A stretch of 64,000 nt of DNA, from the NCBI GenBank assembly GCA_019057475.1, contig DXJO01000052.1, positions 1 through 64,000 of the forward strand, written 5' to 3'. This DNA comes from Candidatus Thorarchaeota archaeon (GTDB lineage Archaea > Asgardarchaeota > Thorarchaeia > Thorarchaeales > Thorarchaeaceae). Below are positions 50,827 to 61,800 of the stretch, piece after piece (the first letter of the stretch is position 1; the number at the start of each line of letters is the position of its first letter). The notes beneath the pieces were generated by a model. The model worked only from the letters and a program-made list of their open reading frames with translations. It ran no database searches and had not been told where the DNA came from. The position numbers and the translations under genes were made by a program.

Positions 50827-51057
50827 TGTGATTCCCCCGGCCAAATGGTTTCTAATGTGGTAACAACTAGCGAAACCATCAAAGGCCACGCAGTCCTAGA
50901 GGGAATGCTCCGATCTAATAAGCATTGAGTGGACTTCTATCACATGATTTTGGAATCACGCATCTCTGTGTCATTCAGAAAGCTTCAAAGCACAATATAA
51001 TGGGCAGGATGGCTTTTCCGAGTTTCGTCGCTTCAATCAGTGACATTGTTAGGTGTA

Positions 51058-52317
51058 TCACAGAACCATCCTTACTGCCTTTAAGGGATGCATTCTCAGC
51101 ATTCTCTTGACCATTCGATTCCGTGACTGCTTGCTCGACTTCAATCCCATGATCATGTCGAACGTATAATCATTCATCACATCGTCATCATGCGCCATCT
51201 GGCAGACCAGCTCCATGCTCTTGATAGAGTGAAACATCATTCCCGCAAGAAACTTGGCCACCCCGAGGTCTTTGCCAAATGCATCCCGACATCTCCGATG
51301 ATAGGTCCTCGTACTCACGCCGCTAATACCAGACAGCATCTCCTTGGTGACCTCAGCAGCAATCTTACCTGACTCTATTGAGTAGTAGATACCCTCCCCG
51401 GTCACAGGAGATACGCAACCCGCAGCATCCCCAATCAACATGATTTTCTTGGAACACGTGTTCTCAATAAATCCACTCAACGGTACTCTAGCGGCCGTGA
51501 CCTCAGAGAGGTCGCACTTCACACCGTTTCTTTTCTCAAAGTCCGACACGAACGTCTTCCAGACACCTTTCAGGTCCTTCAGCTCACTAATCAGGGCGCC
51601 AAACCCAAGGCTGATCTCCTCTTTCTTGGCGAACGCCCAGCCATATCCATGGGGGAGCGCTCCGAAGTGGATCTCGGTCAATATCCGGTTATTTGGCCCT
51701 CCAAAGATACGCTCTATGTCCGAGGGGTCCATTGGTACGGAGGCCTCCATGCATAGCACAACCTCATCATCCTGCCAACGCGGCTTTATCCCTGTCTTCC
51801 TTGCTATTGTGCTGTTGACACCATCCGCCCCGGCCAAGAAACCGCCTCTGTACGATCCATCATCAGTAGTCACGATTACTCCGTCGGACTCCTCACTGAC
51901 ATCAACCACCTTAACACCTTGCAGGACCTCTGCACCAGCCTCCTCCGCTTTCTTAATTAGAAGATAGTCAAAGTCTTCGCGGCGAACTGTGAATCCGGTG
52001 GTTTCCTCTCTGGTATTTTCCACCACCAACCCCGAGGGCGAAAAGAGGCGAAGGCCACATTGCTCTCTCTCAACGACCGATGAGAAGTCAAAGTCAAGCT
52101 GGTCTCTCACCCTTAACGTAACATAGCCTGCACAGGCTTTCCTGCGGGGATGGTGTGCCTTCTCAAGCAATAAGACATCCAAACCCAGCTGAACAGCTTT
52201 CCGGGCACAAGTGGCACCGGCAGGTCCACCGCCAACAACAATCAGGTCATGGGTCACTCTACTCATCTCTCCTATGTTAGAGTTGACTGCGCACACGGAC
52301 TTTTGTTTCTGTTGCAT
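51058..52317 (-). CDS. Geranylgeranyl reductase family flavoprotein
   Basis: VGGGPAG, RRKACAG, GADG, GYGWAF, GDAAG, GEGI; true start probably ~52266. Confidence 0.9.
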   Translation of the reverse strand: MQQKQKSVCAVNSNIGEMSRVTHDLIVVGGGPAGATCARKAVQLGLDVLLLEKAHHPRRKACAGYVTLRVRDQLDFDFSSVVEREQCGLRLFSPSGLVVENTREETTGFTVRREDFDYLLIKKAEEAGAEVLQGVKVVDVSEESDGVIVTTDDGSYRGGFLAGADGVNSTIARKTGIKPRWQDDEVVLCMEASVPMDPSDIERIFGGPNNRILTEIHFGALPHGYGWAFAKKEEISLGFGALISELKDLKGVWKTFVSDFEKRNGVKCDLSEVTAARVPLSGFIENTCSKKIMLIGDAAGCVSPVTGEGIYYSIESGKIAAEVTKEMLSGISGVSTRTYHRRCRDAFGKDLGVAKFLAGMMFHSIKSMELVCQMAHDDDVMNDYTFDMIMGLKSSKQSRNRMVKRMLRMHPLKAVRMVL

Positions 52318-52491
52318 CTAAGCGAGAACGCATATGCCAAAACGGACAAGTTTCAAGGCTTTAAAGGGTCCATAAAGCCTCAAATAGTGCAAAACGCCCT
52401 CATAATACCCAAAAACATCGATTTAACGCATTCTGTAGAATGTTCGTTATATAAACAATATTCGCGGTCAACATTAGGTGAACACAATTTG

Positions 52492-53658
52492 ATGAACAGA
52501 AGAAACCTGTTACTGGGTGCATTTCTTGCATTGTTCTTGATTGCGCCCACAGTGCTTCAAGTAAGCGCGCAAAATCCTACCGGTCCCGGCATGATGCCAG
52601 ATCCTGGGATGATGCCAGACCATTACCGAGATGAAGGGAACGTCTGGATCAGCACGGACATAATCACGATTATGGCCAACGAAGAGATTCCCCTATTCCA
52701 TTTCTGGTACTCGGCAGATGAGAACGGCACCAATGCGAAGTTTATGATGTCCTACACAATGCTGGTGGAGTTTGAGGACGAGAATGGCGATGACGCGTTC
52801 CAGTCAAATGAAACTCTCTACGCAGCACCTCTTGCAGCATACGAATGGTCTGTGCAGACGGGCAGTGTGACAAATGACGATGGCTTGGTCACTGAGGTCT
52901 GGCTGAAGTACACCAAGGGCGGAGTGCGAGACGGTGGAATGCATCCCGAATCGATGCTGGATGAAATGCCAGATATGGCCGATGTTCAGAGATTCGCGGA
53001 TGTGACCTTACAAATTTGGGCTCACATATACCTCTTCGACTATGAGGGTAATGTCACCGATGATCATGGTGTAAAGGCAAACTTCACCGTGGCAGGAGGC
53101 TCCGAACTGAAGATGGACATCTCCATTGGTAACTTCCCCTTCAGCAGCGAGAGCACAAGTATGGCTATTCAGACGCTGATGCGTGAGAATGTGGCCTCAG
53201 GCCCGCAGCACACTCACCGACACAGGGTCGAAACCCGCGAGAGCGTCCGGAACACGACCCTCGATTCCGACATGAACTGGAACACTGAGGGTGGCAATGA
53301 GTCAAGGTTTGAAAACATGGTGGGCGACAATACCCAACAGGTCGACTTTGTCGACGCCGAAACCGGTATGACACAGGGCTTCTTCAGCTGGCTCGACAAG
53401 GCCCTAATAACTTGGCCCGGCGGTGAAACTGAAGCGGTGAACGTGACAGCCTCATACATACCGACTGGAACTGGAGTTGCGGTTTACTTGGCTTATCCCA
53501 ACTTTGACGATGGATTGCTGCTACATGATCCATCCATTGGTCTAATCGAGGGAGCAGCACCATCCGTTGGACTAACTCCTACAGAAACGCTTGTTCTATC
53601 AGGCGTTGGAGCAGTCGTCGTGATTGCAATCGTAGTGGTCCTTATCCGACGAAGGTAG
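52492..53658 (+). CDS. Secreted acidic protein with C-terminal TM anchor
   Basis: Signal peptide MNRRNLLL, HDPSIG, TM followed by RRR. Confidence 0.75.
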   Translation: MNRRNLLLGAFLALFLIAPTVLQVSAQNPTGPGMMPDPGMMPDHYRDEGNVWISTDIITIMANEEIPLFHFWYSADENGTNAKFMMSYTMLVEFEDENGDDAFQSNETLYAAPLAAYEWSVQTGSVTNDDGLVTEVWLKYTKGGVRDGGMHPESMLDEMPDMADVQRFADVTLQIWAHIYLFDYEGNVTDDHGVKANFTVAGGSELKMDISIGNFPFSSESTSMAIQTLMRENVASGPQHTHRHRVETRESVRNTTLDSDMNWNTEGGNESRFENMVGDNTQQVDFVDAETGMTQGFFSWLDKALITWPGGETEAVNVTASYIPTGTGVAVYLAYPNFDDGLLLHDPSIGLIEGAAPSVGLTPTETLVLSGVGAVVVIAIVVVLIRRR

Positions 53659-53779
53659 TGGATACATTCCACTACCATCCACTTTTTTACTGATTGAAAC
53701 CTGTGAATCTAGCTGCAAAAGACCATGAGAACCGACTAAGAATGAAACAGCGCAACCGTACGGAAGCTGGTGACCACAG

Positions 53780-54772
53780 ATGAAGCGGACATTATTCCTA
53801 TTGATGACATGCATCCTATTCCTGCTTCCTAGTGGGCCGGCTGCAGCTCGGACTCAATTAGCACAAACAAATGACATAGTTCTCAGCCCTATCGACATTG
53901 TCGCTGAAATGCACGCTAATGGTTCCACAACAATCACAGTCGACGCAATAGTGAACAATAAGGGGGACACGGCTGTTTCATCACTTGAGTGCCGCGTTGA
54001 CTCCATGAGCGTTGAACTCATTAAAATGGAGATTGATGGTGAACTGGCAGATGGCTTGGTGACACCTCAGGATCGGTTCTCTTTGGTTTCATCCATATTT
54101 CCAAGTCCTCTTGCCGCAAATGAATCACTGCTATTTCACATGGAGCTTAGAGCCGCTGACCTGCAATCAGAACTCTTGGTAGGGAATGATGGCATTAGCC
54201 TTCAAGGTGATTTCATTTTCTACGTGCGTCCTCTAACCGTCCTCAACAACCTCACATTCACAGCCATCCTGCCCCCCTTCACTATGCTGTCGCAGGAGTC
54301 CGTTGTTCCACTCTTTCCAAGCCCTGAATTGAACTTCACGAATGGGCAATCGCTAGCTTTCATCTGGGAAATACAATCGCTTCAACCGGGTCAGGAAAAG
54401 GTCTTCATTGTCAAGTATCAGGTTCCAAGCGCCCAGATAGATTCACCCACGTTCTCAGCCTTGAATGCCATTCTTCTTGCACTGTTGGGTGTGGCCTTTG
54501 GGGTTGTTCTGACGATCGGAGGTCCCAAATTGCTCGCAAGAGCCAAGCGTATGGGTGAGGTTCGGTTCGTGGGAGTGACCAGCGAAGAAGAGGAGGTTAT
54601 AGAGATAATTCGTAGAAAGGGCGGCTCGTGTTCTCAGAAGGATCTCTACAACGGTCTCAACCTGTCTCAGGCAAAGGTTAGCATTATGCTCAACAATCTG
54701 GAGGAAAGAGGAGTAGTGCGGCGATTTCGTGAGGGCAGGGAGAACATGGTCCATCTGATTGAAAAGCTCTAA
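53780..54772 (+). CDS. Membrane protein with extracellular domain and cytoplasmic wHTH (COG2512-like)
   Basis: Signal peptide, TM, QKDL...SQAKVS...LEERGVVRR.GREN. Confidence 0.8.
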   Translation: MKRTLFLLMTCILFLLPSGPAAARTQLAQTNDIVLSPIDIVAEMHANGSTTITVDAIVNNKGDTAVSSLECRVDSMSVELIKMEIDGELADGLVTPQDRFSLVSSIFPSPLAANESLLFHMELRAADLQSELLVGNDGISLQGDFIFYVRPLTVLNNLTFTAILPPFTMLSQESVVPLFPSPELNFTNGQSLAFIWEIQSLQPGQEKVFIVKYQVPSAQIDSPTFSALNAILLALLGVAFGVVLTIGGPKLLARAKRMGEVRFVGVTSEEEEVIEIIRRKGGSCSQKDLYNGLNLSQAKVSIMLNNLEERGVVRRFREGRENMVHLIEKL

Positions 54773-54791
54773 CCACACATCTAGGTATTCA

Positions 54792-55403
54792 TCACCCATC
54801 TAGGCGTCTACCTTCAGGCAGTTCATCCAGCAAGAAACCCGCAATTTCAGCCTTTTTGACTGCCTTCTGAGCCTTGCGGCCGCCGATGTTCACCAGCGCC
54901 CTAGCAAAAGATTGCCGAACAAATAGTGATTCATCATTGAGGGCATCTATAAGAGGTTGCACTGCTTTCTTGTCCCGACGTTCGCCCAGCTGTGCGGCGG
55001 CATATATTCGCACCATGTATCTTGAGTCTGCTAGACAACCAATCAAGTGAGATGTAGCTGAAGAACCGTCAATTCTACCAAGATGGCCAATAGCGCCCAG
55101 ACGTACCTGCTCGTCATCACTCTGGAGCTCAAGCACCAGTTCATCAATCATAGTCGAGCGGTCCTTTGCAGTTCTCTTCCTCATTGTAGGTTTTCTCCTT
55201 GGTTTTACTGGGGATTTCACTGCTTTCTTCTTTGTCTTTGCAGGCTTCTTTTTGACCTTTGAACCCTTTTTCTCTGCAACTTTCTTCTTGGGGGCAGTCT
55301 TCTTTACGGGTTTCTTTTTCGATTTTACCCTCTTGGAGCCTACAGTCTTCTTCTTCGCCTTGGTTCCTTTGGCTTTGCTTGCTTTGGAAGAAGACTTTGG
55401 CAC
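54792..55403 (-). CDS. Lys-rich N-terminus fused to PBS-lyase HEAT repeats
   Basis: KKPVKKTAPKKK/KKPAKTKKK tail; VRIYAAAQLGE, AVQPLIDALND...VR. Confidence 0.8.
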   Translation of the reverse strand: MPKSSSKASKAKGTKAKKKTVGSKRVKSKKKPVKKTAPKKKVAEKKGSKVKKKPAKTKKKAVKSPVKPRRKPTMRKRTAKDRSTMIDELVLELQSDDEQVRLGAIGHLGRIDGSSATSHLIGCLADSRYMVRIYAAAQLGERRDKKAVQPLIDALNDESLFVRQSFARALVNIGGRKAQKAVKKAEIAGFLLDELPEGRRLDG

Positions 55404-55541
55404 CTACATCCCATCCCAAGACCGATACGGTACAACATCTAACATTCCCTAACTCTCCATATAAACAGTTTCGGCTTCCAATGCCGCAACAAAAACGCCT
55501 TAACCGGCTCCCACGTTGCCTGTTGAGAGGAATAACACAGC

Positions 55542-55937
55542 ATGCACGAGTTCTCTGCAGCCTGCTCAATTGTGGACACGGCAGTTGAGGCTGCAAAGAA
55601 GCACAATGCCATAAAAGTCACGGCAGTCAATGTGGAGATAGGGGAATTCACATTCCTAGTGCCAGAACAACTGGAGTTTAACTTCGAGATTGCAGGTCGG
55701 AACACCATACTTGAAGGAGCCAAACTCAATATCATGATGATCAAGGGTAGACTGCAATGTCATGATTGCGGAAACGAGGGTGAAGCTCAAAGTGATCCAG
55801 ATCTACCGCCGCAGATTGCGATGTTTGCTCCGATGAAATGTCCTAAGTGTGGAAGTAGCGCTACAGAAATCACCGGGGGAAAAGACTTTTTCATAACGAA
55901 CCTAGAGGCTGAGATTGCAGATGCTGCATCTGGTTAG
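55542..55937 (+). CDS. hypA: Hydrogenase nickel metallochaperone
   Basis: MHE start, CHDC, CPKCG. Confidence 0.95.
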   Translation: MHEFSAACSIVDTAVEAAKKHNAIKVTAVNVEIGEFTFLVPEQLEFNFEIAGRNTILEGAKLNIMMIKGRLQCHDCGNEGEAQSDPDLPPQIAMFAPMKCPKCGSSATEITGGKDFFITNLEAEIADAASG

Positions 55938-55982
55938 CATGCTTTCTGCAAGGCAGCAATTGCGAGAAGTGGAAACAATACT

Positions 55983-56360
55983 CTAGATTAGTACTGCATT
56001 CAATATGCCCTCTTGACCAGGCCGACTCGTTACTTTCGCTCGACCCTTTGAGGTTTTTATGATTGTGCCGCGCGTTATGACTTTGCGGCGCTGGTAGTCC
56101 ATGCTGGCCTTGTTCTCTTCGACATCCTCGATTACAGCACGGTAGGTGATGTTCTTTTCGGGATCCGTGACATTGACCTCTTGTATGCGTAAGGCTGGTT
56201 TCTTCTTGTGGCGCCCATGACTATCTACGATTCTTTGTTTTGGCTCTCCCATTACGGTTTCAGTTGGAGTGCGGCCTAGCTCGTACTTTCTTTTGCTCTT
56301 GAACCGCTTTTTTCGCGCTCCTGTTGATGTACGGCCTGAACCGCGATGCCAAACACCCAT
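55983..56360 (-). CDS. rps8e: 30S ribosomal protein S8e
   Basis: KRKYELGR, ITRGTII, VTSRPGQEG. Confidence 0.96.
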   Translation of the reverse strand: MGVWHRGSGRTSTGARKKRFKSKRKYELGRTPTETVMGEPKQRIVDSHGRHKKKPALRIQEVNVTDPEKNITYRAVIEDVEENKASMDYQRRKVITRGTIIKTSKGRAKVTSRPGQEGILNAVLI

Positions 56361-56512
56361 CTTGAACTACCTCTTGGTCGGGTCACTGACGCACTCTGCT
56401 GAGTCGTTTTAAATGTTGCTTAGTAGCCAAGCCGAGCAAGGCCAAGTACAAAGCATCTTCTTCATATATGCGGCTCTTTGTCATCAGTGCACTCCTAGCT
56501 GGAGGCATAAAG

Positions 56513-57526
56513 ATGGCAAGAATTGAGTCTGCGCACGGTGGCGGCGGGAAGATAATGCAGCGTCTTCTGGAAGAAATCATAATTCCCTCCTTTACACGAA
56601 GAAAGCTTGGGACAATCGGCCTTGACGAAATGGACGATGGGGCAACATTGCAGACAAATGGGGATGGACTCATTGTATGCACAGACGCACATACTGTGCA
56701 GCCATTCTTCTTCCCGGGTGGCAATCTAGGAACACTTACCGCCTGCGGCACCATCAATGATCTGTCAGTAATGGGGGCGAAGCCTCTTGCCATGACGAAC
56801 ACTGTGATAGTCGAAGAGGGCTTTGAGATTGACATGCTGCAGACGATTCTGCAATCAGTCAACAGCATCATTGAGCCTCTAGACGTAGCGATGATTGCCG
56901 GTGATACGAAGGTCATGCCCCGCGGGACACTCGATGGCATTGTGATGTCTACCACAGGCATTGGTACCGTCTACCTTAACGATCCCATTTCAGACAGTGG
57001 AGCGCAACCTGGCGATGATATAATCGCCACTGGGCCTGTTGGAAACCATGGAACGGTAATTCTGGCCCATAGAGAGGGGCTCAAGTTCGATACAGACCTT
57101 GTGAGTGATGTAGCTCCTCTCTGGATGCCCATACGTGACTGTCTTGATGTAGGTGGAGTTCATGCAATGAAGGACCCCACACGGGGAGGAACAGCTATTG
57201 CGTTGAATGAAATCGCTTCGAAGTCAGGAGCAGAAATCTCGATTGAGGAGAATCAGATTCCAATAAGACAAGCAGTCAGGTCGCTGTGTGACATTTTAGG
57301 GCTTGATCCTCTCCACATGAGTTGTGAGGGGGCAGCAATAATGGCAGTGGACTCTACAAAGACAGACGGTGTCCTCAAGGCACTTAGAAAACACAGGGCC
57401 ACAAAAGATGCCCAAATCATCGGACACGTCCGGGACGGAAAGCCAAGAGTCATCATGACAACCAGCATTGGCGGGACAAAGGTTGTGCAGGTCCCCTATG
57501 GTGAGCCGGTACCGCGCGTGTGCTAA
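56513..57526 (+). CDS. hypE: Hydrogenase maturation protein HypE
   Basis: HGGGG, GDTKV, KDPTRGG, C-terminal PRVC. Confidence 0.96.
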   Translation: MARIESAHGGGGKIMQRLLEEIIIPSFTRRKLGTIGLDEMDDGATLQTNGDGLIVCTDAHTVQPFFFPGGNLGTLTACGTINDLSVMGAKPLAMTNTVIVEEGFEIDMLQTILQSVNSIIEPLDVAMIAGDTKVMPRGTLDGIVMSTTGIGTVYLNDPISDSGAQPGDDIIATGPVGNHGTVILAHREGLKFDTDLVSDVAPLWMPIRDCLDVGGVHAMKDPTRGGTAIALNEIASKSGAEISIEENQIPIRQAVRSLCDILGLDPLHMSCEGAAIMAVDSTKTDGVLKALRKHRATKDAQIIGHVRDGKPRVIMTTSIGGTKVVQVPYGEPVPRVC

Positions 57527-58077
57527 ACCTTTCCTGGAATGGGCTGGCTCTCTGCCGCTTGCTGTGCATCCAGTATTCTTCGCATCTGGTGTTTTAGCTG
57601 TGCCTTGAGTCTGATTTTATCGGTGTCTAGTCCGAAGTAGTCTGAGAAGAGGGGAGTCGTGCTGAGTAACTTGCTCCTTCCCTGAGGAGCTGCCTCAACG
57701 AACTTCTTCTCCACCAGTTCATGTACATGATCATAGCAGTGTGTTCCTCTCTGTTCTATTAGCTTGGATTGAAGAATTGGTTGCCTCAGAGCAATGAACA
57801 CCAGCGTCTGCAATGTGCTGAATGCGAGCAGTCCGCCTGGGATGAGTTTTCCCACTCGGGGCGTTAGTTCTGGCCTTAACTGAAGTACGTATCTCTTTCT
57901 CGGAAGAAGGACCACCTCAAGAGCACCTTTGCGCTTATCGTATTCATACATGAGGTTCTCCAACAGCTTTGTGGTTGTGGATTCAGCCTTTCCAATGATT
58001 CCTGTAAGCTCCTCCAAGGTCAGTGGACGACCGGCAACGTACAGCGCTGCCTCAAGCGTTGCGAGGTCTTCATCCAA
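57523..58077 (-). CDS. scpB: SMC-Scp complex subunit ScpB
   Basis: LEAALYVAGRP, QPI, TTPLFSDYFGL. Confidence 0.92.
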   Translation of the reverse strand: MDEDLATLEAALYVAGRPLTLEELTGIIGKAESTTTKLLENLMYEYDKRKGALEVVLLPRKRYVLQLRPELTPRVGKLIPGGLLAFSTLQTLVFIALRQPILQSKLIEQRGTHCYDHVHELVEKKFVEAAPQGRSKLLSTTPLFSDYFGLDTDKIRLKAQLKHQMRRILDAQQAAESQPIPGKV

Positions 58078-58086
58078 TCAAATCAC

Positions 58087-58809
58087 CTACTTCCTGACCT
58101 CAGCATGGAGCTCCACCTCAGTGCCATCCGCTTCTGCCTTCTCTGGCAAGGGTAGTAGTTTGACAAGAATCACCGCATCATCATCCATCCAGATATCCAC
58201 GTACACCCGAGCATAGAGATGAAGCAGAGCGAAGAAAATTCGCACAATCTCCCTTCGTGTGCGATTTACGAGCACGTCTATGAATTTGATGGTTTCACCA
58301 ATCTCCATTATCATGCAGAGGTCTCCATACACCTCAGCCAAGCTCTCCTCAACGTAGGCACGTGACGCATCTAGCTCGAATTGAAGCGGACTAGTGTCAC
58401 CCCGATATCTTCGCCTAGCAGGTCGGGCACGTTGTCGCACGCCCTTGCTGAGCACACGGTCCATGGCGATAAGCAGTTCTTGCAGAGTGACTCGTCGGTT
58501 TGTTAACCTAAATGGCGGGCGAATCAGGGGGATGGCAAGCTTCTCTTCCTCCTCATCGACCTCTGGAGGCAAAATCCCATATTCAACGAGCTCTCTGGTC
58601 TTTCTCATGAATATGACTGATGCAGAGTAGAGTGCGTTGCCCGATATGCGAAAGTCAATGTCCCCGATGCGTTTCATCTCGTTGAGAAAACCACCAACAA
58701 GTTTTCCCACATTAACCTGCCAGGGGTCCACTTTGTCAAGCTGTAGTACATCGGTCAGTAGAATGTACGGCGGTGAAGCCCAGAATGGGGACTCTTCATT
58801 GCCACTCAT
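58087..58809 (-). CDS. scpA: Kleisin ScpA
   Basis: DPWQVN, DFRISG, FFALLHL. Confidence 0.9.
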   Translation of the reverse strand: MSGNEESPFWASPPYILLTDVLQLDKVDPWQVNVGKLVGGFLNEMKRIGDIDFRISGNALYSASVIFMRKTRELVEYGILPPEVDEEEEKLAIPLIRPPFRLTNRRVTLQELLIAMDRVLSKGVRQRARPARRRYRGDTSPLQFELDASRAYVEESLAEVYGDLCMIMEIGETIKFIDVLVNRTRREIVRIFFALLHLYARVYVDIWMDDDAVILVKLLPLPEKAEADGTEVELHAEVRK

Positions 58810-61800
58810 GCCATTGCCTCCACTTCCTCAAGGTCAACCGATACAACCCTTGAGATACCATCTTGGTTTGTCACGCCAATCAAGAGATCAGCCTTTCTGA
58901 CAGTCGTATCTCTGAGTGACACAACGATGAATTGTGATGACTTCGACATCTCCGATATCAACGAAGCAACGTTGTGTGCATTCACGTTGTCAAGAGCGGC
59001 ATCAATCTCATCGAAAACGTAGAAGCTTGAAGGACTGTACATCTGAATAGCAAAGATCAGTGCCAAACCGGTGAGCGTCTTTTCACCCCCGCTCATAGCA
59101 TCTAGTGTAACGAGATCTTTTCCTCTCGGCTTGGTCTTTACAGTGATTCCACCCATTAGTGGGTGTTCGGGGTTTTCAAGCATTAAATGGCCCTCGCCCC
59201 CTGGAGATAGCCTTGCGAACACCGTAGAGAAGTTATCAGCTATGTCATTGTATACTTGGAGGAACTTGCGAGTTTTCTCAGCTTCGATCTCTTCCATGAA
59301 CGAGAGTATCTCCTTGTGTTCCTCCTCTAAACGGGTCTTCTTGTCGACTATCTCGTCGTACTTCTCCCTCTCTGCATCGTAGTCTGTCAGGGACTTCAGG
59401 TTGACAGGTCCCATTGCTTCGAGTTCTCTCTCAAGCTCTCTGATCTTCTCATCCATCTCGTCAATCTCTCTGCGAGTGAGCTCTCGCATCTTCTCCCGCT
59501 TCTTCGTTTCCTCTTCTGCATCGGCCAAGTTCTCGAGCTCAGCCTTGAGGGCCACGAGGTCAATATCAAGGCGTGATTGCTCTGTTTGCAGTCGGTAGAC
59601 AGCCTTCTCATTAGAGGTCTGTCCCTCCCTTATTTCTTCATGTTGAAGACGAAAGTTTCTCAAGGTTTCCTTCATCTCTAGTTGACGAACTCTCTTGTCT
59701 TTGACAGCTTCGTTAATTTTATCCCTCTCGGACTTGAGCTCCTTGAACTCGTTCTCTCTCTCTGCAAGCTCCAACTCGACGCGTTTCACGCCATCATTCA
59801 ATCCTGGTAGTGCGTCTTTCAATGACTGAAGGGCCTTTTCCAGTTCAATAGCCTTAGGCCCGAGTCGTTCATCAATCGAAACGCGTAGCTTCGTCGCCTC
59901 GGTACTGATTGCTTCGCGCTTTCGCTTATTGTGTTCAAGGACCTCCTTCAAATCCTTAATCTCCTGATTGAGCTTCGCAGCATCAGATTTCACGAGGGCT
60001 TCATTGCACTCATCTCTCTGTGTTCGTACATGCTCACGCTGAGTCGTGATTTCATCATCCCTCTCTCGAAGCTCCTTGATCTGAGCCTCGAGCTCACCAA
60101 TCGTGAGGTTGATTACCTCTATTTTGTTTTTCAGTGACTCTACTCGTTCTTCTTTCCCCTCAAGGCTCTCTCTCTGGCCCTTGACCTCAATTCCCGCCCG
60201 ATAGCTACTTCTGGAGAGGTCTTCAATATTCTTCTCCAGTCCTATCTTCATCTCGTGCATTTCATCCTGTTGCTCTCTGAGATCGTTGTGAATCGCCTCG
60301 AGCCCCTTGAGCCGTTCTGCAACCTCAGGGCTAGTATCTACTATCTGGAGTGAAAGTCCAGTTGCCCTTCTCTGGTAATGGCCTCCCGTGACAAGCCCGG
60401 ACCTCTCCACTAAGTCACCATCGAGCGAAACAGCCCTCCACTGGCTGAAGCCCATGCGTTTAGCGGTTTCGAAATTTTCGGTGACCAGAGTGTCCGAGAA
60501 AACAAACTCGAATGCGGGTTTCATTTCGGGCTTGAAGGTAACCAAGTCAAGTGCAAATCCAATAACTCCTTTTTCCTTCGAGGCCTTTCCTGGTGCTCGC
60601 GTCCGTATTTTTGTAAGCGGAATGAATGACGCGCGGCCTATCCGATCTCTCTTCAAAACGTCTATGCATTGTGTAGCAACATTTTCATTCGCGACGACTA
60701 TGTGAGAGAGTCTGTTTCCTGCGGCGACCTCCAGTGCCACAGAGTAGTCGGGATTAATCGTGCCGAGCTCAGCCACAGTACCATGAATGCCATCAATAGT
60801 CCCTGAATCACGGAGCTCTAGGATTTTGGCAACAGCTCGCCTTCGCTTCAGGAATGTATCCTCTGCTTCCTTCAAAGCATCGTGACGGGCCTGTATTCTA
60901 ACTAGCTCCTCTCGTGTTGCAGCCAGTATCTTACCAGACTCAGCAACCTCCGCATCTAGAGCTACGAGGTGATTTGTTACTTGCTCGAGTTCTGCTCTCT
61001 TCAACTCCTCAGTTTTCTCTGCCTCTTGAAGCTCAGCTTCCTTTGCTGGCACGACTTGGTTTAGCTCGTGAAGTTCTTTTTCTGTTCTTGTCAGACCATC
61101 CTCCGCATCTCTGAGTTCCTCGTACGCAATACCGAGCTCTCTAGAGTCACTCTTGATGGTTGAGCGAATCTCAGAAACTCCTTCATCAAGCAATCGCATC
61201 TGATTGTTGAAATCTTGAAGTCGGAGTGTGTTCTCGTAATAGGAATCCTGTTCACTCTCAAGGCGTTCCTCCAGCTTTGAAATGGTTCCTGAAACCTGCT
61301 TGATTTCCTTATCGAGTTCGGTTAATTCGCCATCTCTTTCCTTCATCCGACTCTCTGAACCTTGCATCTCATTCTGGACTGAGCCGAGCTCTTCCTCAAG
61401 GGATTTACATTCCTCACCAGTCTTCTCAAACTCTTCTCTTTTTCTATCCATCTCGCCTTTTGCATGGTTAACCGCTGCCGAAACGATACCATACTGTTCT
61501 GAAACTCTGGATGAATCGCCACCGGTTATTTCGTCGATCAGAGTATCGATTTCCTCTATCTCGGCGTCAGTTTGCTCAAGACCCTGCTCTACTTCGATTA
61601 GATCTCTAGCGAGTTTTTCCGCCTCTTCTACCCGTTCAGCAAGGGTTTCGTTTATTGTCTGAGTTCTGCTTTTGCCCTTAATCATATTCCATGCAAGGCT
61701 ATCAACATGGATTTCCTGAATTCGCTTTCGGACTTCGCTATAACGCAGTGCGCCCGTTCTTTCTTCTTGCAGCTTCTCCAGTTGACGACGACGTTCCTGA

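Noticed and set aside
40599-50959. 9-bp direct repeat TGGAATCAC on both sides of the defence-like island
   Set aside because: Short enough to arise by chance, with no integrase or tRNA nearby; an empty-site genome would be needed.
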